This document shows positions 34,452 to 37,123 of a DNA stretch of 37,123 bases, in pieces. The DNA comes from Terriglobales bacterium (lineage in GTDB: Bacteria > Acidobacteriota > Terriglobia > Terriglobales > Acidobacteriaceae): contig JASHXK010000044.1 in the NCBI GenBank assembly GCA_030043575.1, positions 1 through 37,123 on the forward strand, read 5' to 3'. A model generated the notes under the pieces. It was not told where the DNA came from. It saw nothing but the letters and a program-made list of their open reading frames with translations, and searched no databases. Positions within the stretch are counted from its first letter, which is position 1; every line of letters begins with the position of its first letter. Both the position numbers and the translations under genes were made by a program.

Positions 34452-35186
34452 CTAGTACTGGTCGGCGTCCGGGGCGCCAAGCTCGTGCATGATGTGCACG
34501 CTGGCGCTGGTACCGATACGGTTCGCGCCCGCGTCGACCATCTCCGCCAGATGCGCAGCCGTGCGGATGCCGCCGGCAGCTTTAACTCCGATCTTCAGTC
34601 CGACCACACCGCGCATCAGCGCCACGTCGGAGGCGGTTGCACCGAACTCGGCCAGTCCGCTGGAGGTTTTCACGAAGTCCACTCCGGCTTCGGCGGCAAG
34701 TGCGCAGGCTAGAATCTTTTCTTCCTGGCTGAGCAGCGCATTCTCCAGGATCAACTTCAGGAGCCCGCCATGCTGATGGGCCAGTCGCGCGAGACTGCGG
34801 ATCTCGGTCTGCACCAGCACCCGATCCCCTGATTTGAGCGCGCCAATATTCATCACCATGTCGAGTTCGTGGGCACCCTGCCGCAAGGCAGCCTCGGCTT
34901 CGGTGAGCTTAATCAGGGTCAGATTCGCACCTAAGGGAAAACCGACCACCGTGCCCACTCGAACTGCAGTTCCACGAAGCTGCGCCGCCGCCAGAGCTAC
35001 GTTCGCAGGATTCACCATAACGGAGTGGAAGCCATAGTGCACCGCTTCCTGGCAGAGTGTATCGATCTGCCTGCGGGCGGCATCGGGTTTCAAGAGGGTG
35101 TGTTCGATGAGTTTCGCTGTGCTTCGCCAATCGCTGAGAGTCAGGACCGGTGTAGCGACAAGGGGCAAGTACGCTGACATAGGCAA
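34452..35186 (-). CDS. deoC: Deoxyribose-phosphate aldolase
   Basis: Motifs: LIEHTLLKPDA, VGTVVGFPLGA, ELDMVMNIGALKSGD, Schiff-base lysine context DFVKTSSG, KAAGGIRT. Confidence 0.88.
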   Translation of the reverse strand: MPMSAYLPLVATPVLTLSDWRSTAKLIEHTLLKPDAARRQIDTLCQEAVHYGFHSVMVNPANVALAAAQLRGTAVRVGTVVGFPLGANLTLIKLTEAEAALRQGAHELDMVMNIGALKSGDRVLVQTEIRSLARLAHQHGGLLKLILENALLSQEEKILACALAAEAGVDFVKTSSGLAEFGATASDVALMRGVVGLKIGVKAAGGIRTAAHLAEMVDAGANRIGTSASVHIMHELGAPDADQY

Positions 35187-35195
35187 AAGTAAATT

Positions 35196-35723
35196 CTATG
35201 CCCTCTTCGAGTCCAAAACACAAATATCTGGCAGATTACGATAACGCTCGGCAAAGTCAAGCCCATATCCTACGACAAATTCGTCGGGAATCACGAAACC
35301 AACATAGTCGGCGTCGATAGCCTCGGTGCGTCTGGAGACTTTGTCAAGAAGGGCGGCAATCTTGAAACACTTTGGTTGATGTGCCAGCAACAGATTCCTG
35401 ATGTAGGTCAGAGTCAAGCCGGTATCGAGAATATCTTCCACCAGAATGATGTTCTTGCCAGCCATGGACTGGTCGACGTCCTTCACCAGCCTGACTTCTC
35501 CGCTGTGCTGTCTGGTGTTGCCGTAGCTGGAGACGGCAATAAAGTCGAAGGTAGCATCCAGCTTGATCTGGCGCGCGAGATCGGCGAGGAAGATGGTAGC
35601 GCCTTTCAGCACTCCGATCAGAACGACTGACTCTCCCGCGAAATCCGCCGTGATGCGCTCAGCGATTTCGGCGACCTTGGCCGCGATCTGCGCGCGTGTT
35701 ATCAGGACTTGTAGTTCTTCCAC
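35196..35723 (-). CDS. hpt: Hypoxanthine phosphoribosyltransferase
   Basis: Motifs: VLIGVLKGATIFLADLAR, FIAVSSYG, PRPP motif NIILVEDILDTGLTLTY, and VGYGLDFAERYRNLP. Confidence 0.92.
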   Translation of the reverse strand: MEELQVLITRAQIAAKVAEIAERITADFAGESVVLIGVLKGATIFLADLARQIKLDATFDFIAVSSYGNTRQHSGEVRLVKDVDQSMAGKNIILVEDILDTGLTLTYIRNLLLAHQPKCFKIAALLDKVSRRTEAIDADYVGFVIPDEFVVGYGLDFAERYRNLPDICVLDSKRA

Positions 35724-36132
35724 GGCAATCGGTGCCTATTTCCCTGAATGCTGCATAGTAGAAAAAGCCAAGCGGAAACTCAATCGCCACAACTCTGACC
35801 ATCATGGCCTCCCTAAGAATTTTGTTCTCGACGTTGTCATCCCGCTCTTTACTTTCAACGACAAATGTAAAAATCGCGACTCATTGTCACGGACTTGTCA
35901 ACGCTGTATTGACTGCCCGTTGCCAGTAATTCGTAATGGGGCAAGACGCTGGCGGGCAGGATCACGAATGACTGGGTTTGCGTCGAGTCCGGGTCTCATC
36001 GTCGCAAATGCCGCGGTTACTTCGATGACTGATGGACGAGGCGAGTTCCAAACTGCAGTCAGAGCAAGTAGTCCAGAAATGATCGCATGTCCGCAGACCA
36101 ATTCACCAAGAGACTGAATTAAGGAGTGTATT

Positions 36133-37123
36133 GTGAAAAGCACCTTCGCGAACCAGCACAGTTTCTCTCACTCCACGTCGCACAGCCATAGGCATCGGGC
36201 CGGTCTCGGCTTGGCGGCCATCCTCGGGTTGCTGCTGATGGCTCCCGCATTGATCGCGCAAAATCTCGGAACCCCGTTTTTCCTCCCCAGCCCGATCCAG
36301 GTGGTGTCCACCATTCCCGCGAACGGCGATCTCAATCCTTATGGGGTTGCGTTCGTACCGCTGAGTTTTGCCGGCGGTACGCTGGATCCCGGGGACATCC
36401 TGGTTTCGAACTTCAACAACAGCCAGAACCTGCAAGGCACCGGAACGACCATCGTCCGGGTAAGGCCGAATGGACAAGTTACCTTATTCTTCGCTGCCCA
36501 GCTGGCACAACAAGGACTGTCAACTGCGCTCGGCGTCTTGAAAGAAGGGTTCGTTGTAGTCGGCAACTTCCCATCCTCCACTGGGATGTGCGGTGACGCC
36601 GGGAATGGAAACCTCCTCGTCATCAACAATGTTGGCCAGCAAGTGCAGACGATCACCGACGAGAACTACATCAACGGGCCATGGGACATGACGTTCTATG
36701 ACTTTGGCGGCGGGCGGGTCGATATCTTCATCACGAATGCATTGAGCGGGAATGTAACGCGCTTCGACACCACGGTCGGCAGCGGCGGGTTAACGGTGAA
36801 CAGCAAGACCACCATCGCCTCCGGTTATATGCATCAATGCGATCCGGTTACCTTCGTGGATGCGCCGACCGGCCTGGTCTACAATCCATCGATCGACACG
36901 CTGTATGTGGCATCGACGGTAGACAACGCTGTCTTCGCCGTCTCCAATGCTTCGACAAGAACCACCGATGGGGGAACCGGTCAGATTATTTATAACGACC
37001 AGACCCACCTGCATGGCGCGTTGGCCCTGGCTGCTGCACCCGACGGCAATCTGCTGGTGAGCAACAACGATGCCATCAACCCCGATCCCAACCAGCCCAG
37101 CGAGATTGTGGAGTTCACCCTCA
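36133..37123 (+). CDS. Secreted beta-propeller-like (NHL/YncE-type repeat) protein; the C-terminus runs off the window end
   Basis: Absent from the track because it is open-ended. GTG 36133 is preceded by AAGGAG 6 nt upstream. Hand translation gives VKSTFANQHSFSHSTSHSHRHRAGLGLAAILGLLLMAPALIAQN... (signal peptide). Recurring blades follow: DLNPYGVAFVP, ILVSNFNN, GPWDMTF, IFITNALSGNVTRFD, PTGLVYNPSIDTLYVAS, APDGNLLVSNND. Confidence 0.7.
   Translation, partial: MKSTFANQHSFSHSTSHSHRHRAGLGLAAILGLLLMAPALIAQNLGTPFFLPSPIQVVSTIPANGDLNPYGVAFVPLSFAGGTLDPGDILVSNFNNSQNLQGTGTTIVRVRPNGQVTLFFAAQLAQQGLSTALGVLKEGFVVVGNFPSSTGMCGDAGNGNLLVINNVGQQVQTITDENYINGPWDMTFYDFGGGRVDIFITNALSGNVTRFDTTVGSGGLTVNSKTTIASGYMHQCDPVTFVDAPTGLVYNPSIDTLYVASTVDNAVFAVSNASTRTTDGGTGQIIYNDQTHLHGALALAAAPDGNLLVSNNDAINPDPNQPSEIVEFTL

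Noticed and set aside
35563-36117. A 184-aa plus-strand ORF spanning the hpt start region and the following gap.
   Set aside because: Its first third is antisense to hpt, and the remainder crosses AT-rich non-coding DNA with no Shine-Dalgarno sequence and no recognisable motif. The convincing gene in this region starts at 36133 in a different frame.

Overview
This is a high-GC bacterial chromosomal window. The gene content, a PEP-CTERM protein, an Flp pilin and the style of the intergenic repeats suggest an Acidobacteriota/Terriglobia-like soil bacterium, but that is inference only. All product calls come from reading motifs in the supplied translations and in my own hand translations; no homology search was possible.

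Most of the window is housekeeping: a ygfZ-like gene, an isopropylmalate/tartrate-dehydrogenase family gene, argD, ychF, ahcY, metK, kdsA, pyrG, deoC and hpt. It also holds transporters (EamA, ZIP, MFS), a PDZ-containing sensor kinase with an NtrC-type sigma-54 activator, and a vapBC pair.

The clear accessory region is an ~8.3 kb integrative element at 13852-22237. It is inserted in tRNA-Arg(TCT) and bounded by a perfect 45-bp direct repeat. It carries:
- a tyrosine integrase with a zinc-ribbon insertion
- a translationally coupled zinc-finger protein
- an excisionase-type HTH gene heading a tightly overlapped operon that ends in a P-loop/wHTH protein
- a cargo block of unrecognisable, mostly secreted proteins, including a 591-aa protein with a 19-cysteine tail

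The element's cargo and its small overlapping operon are the best candidates for something undescribed, but I cannot assign them a function.

Other points worth a second look:
- a possible stand-alone HEPN (AbiU2-like) gene
- a candidate sigma-54 promoter in front of the kinase/activator operon
- period-7 stop-codon-bearing tandem words in several intergenic spacers
- a TGTCAT-headed palindromic repeat family bracketing metK
- three genes the ORF track cannot show: two edge-truncated CDSs and a 58-aa Flp pilin
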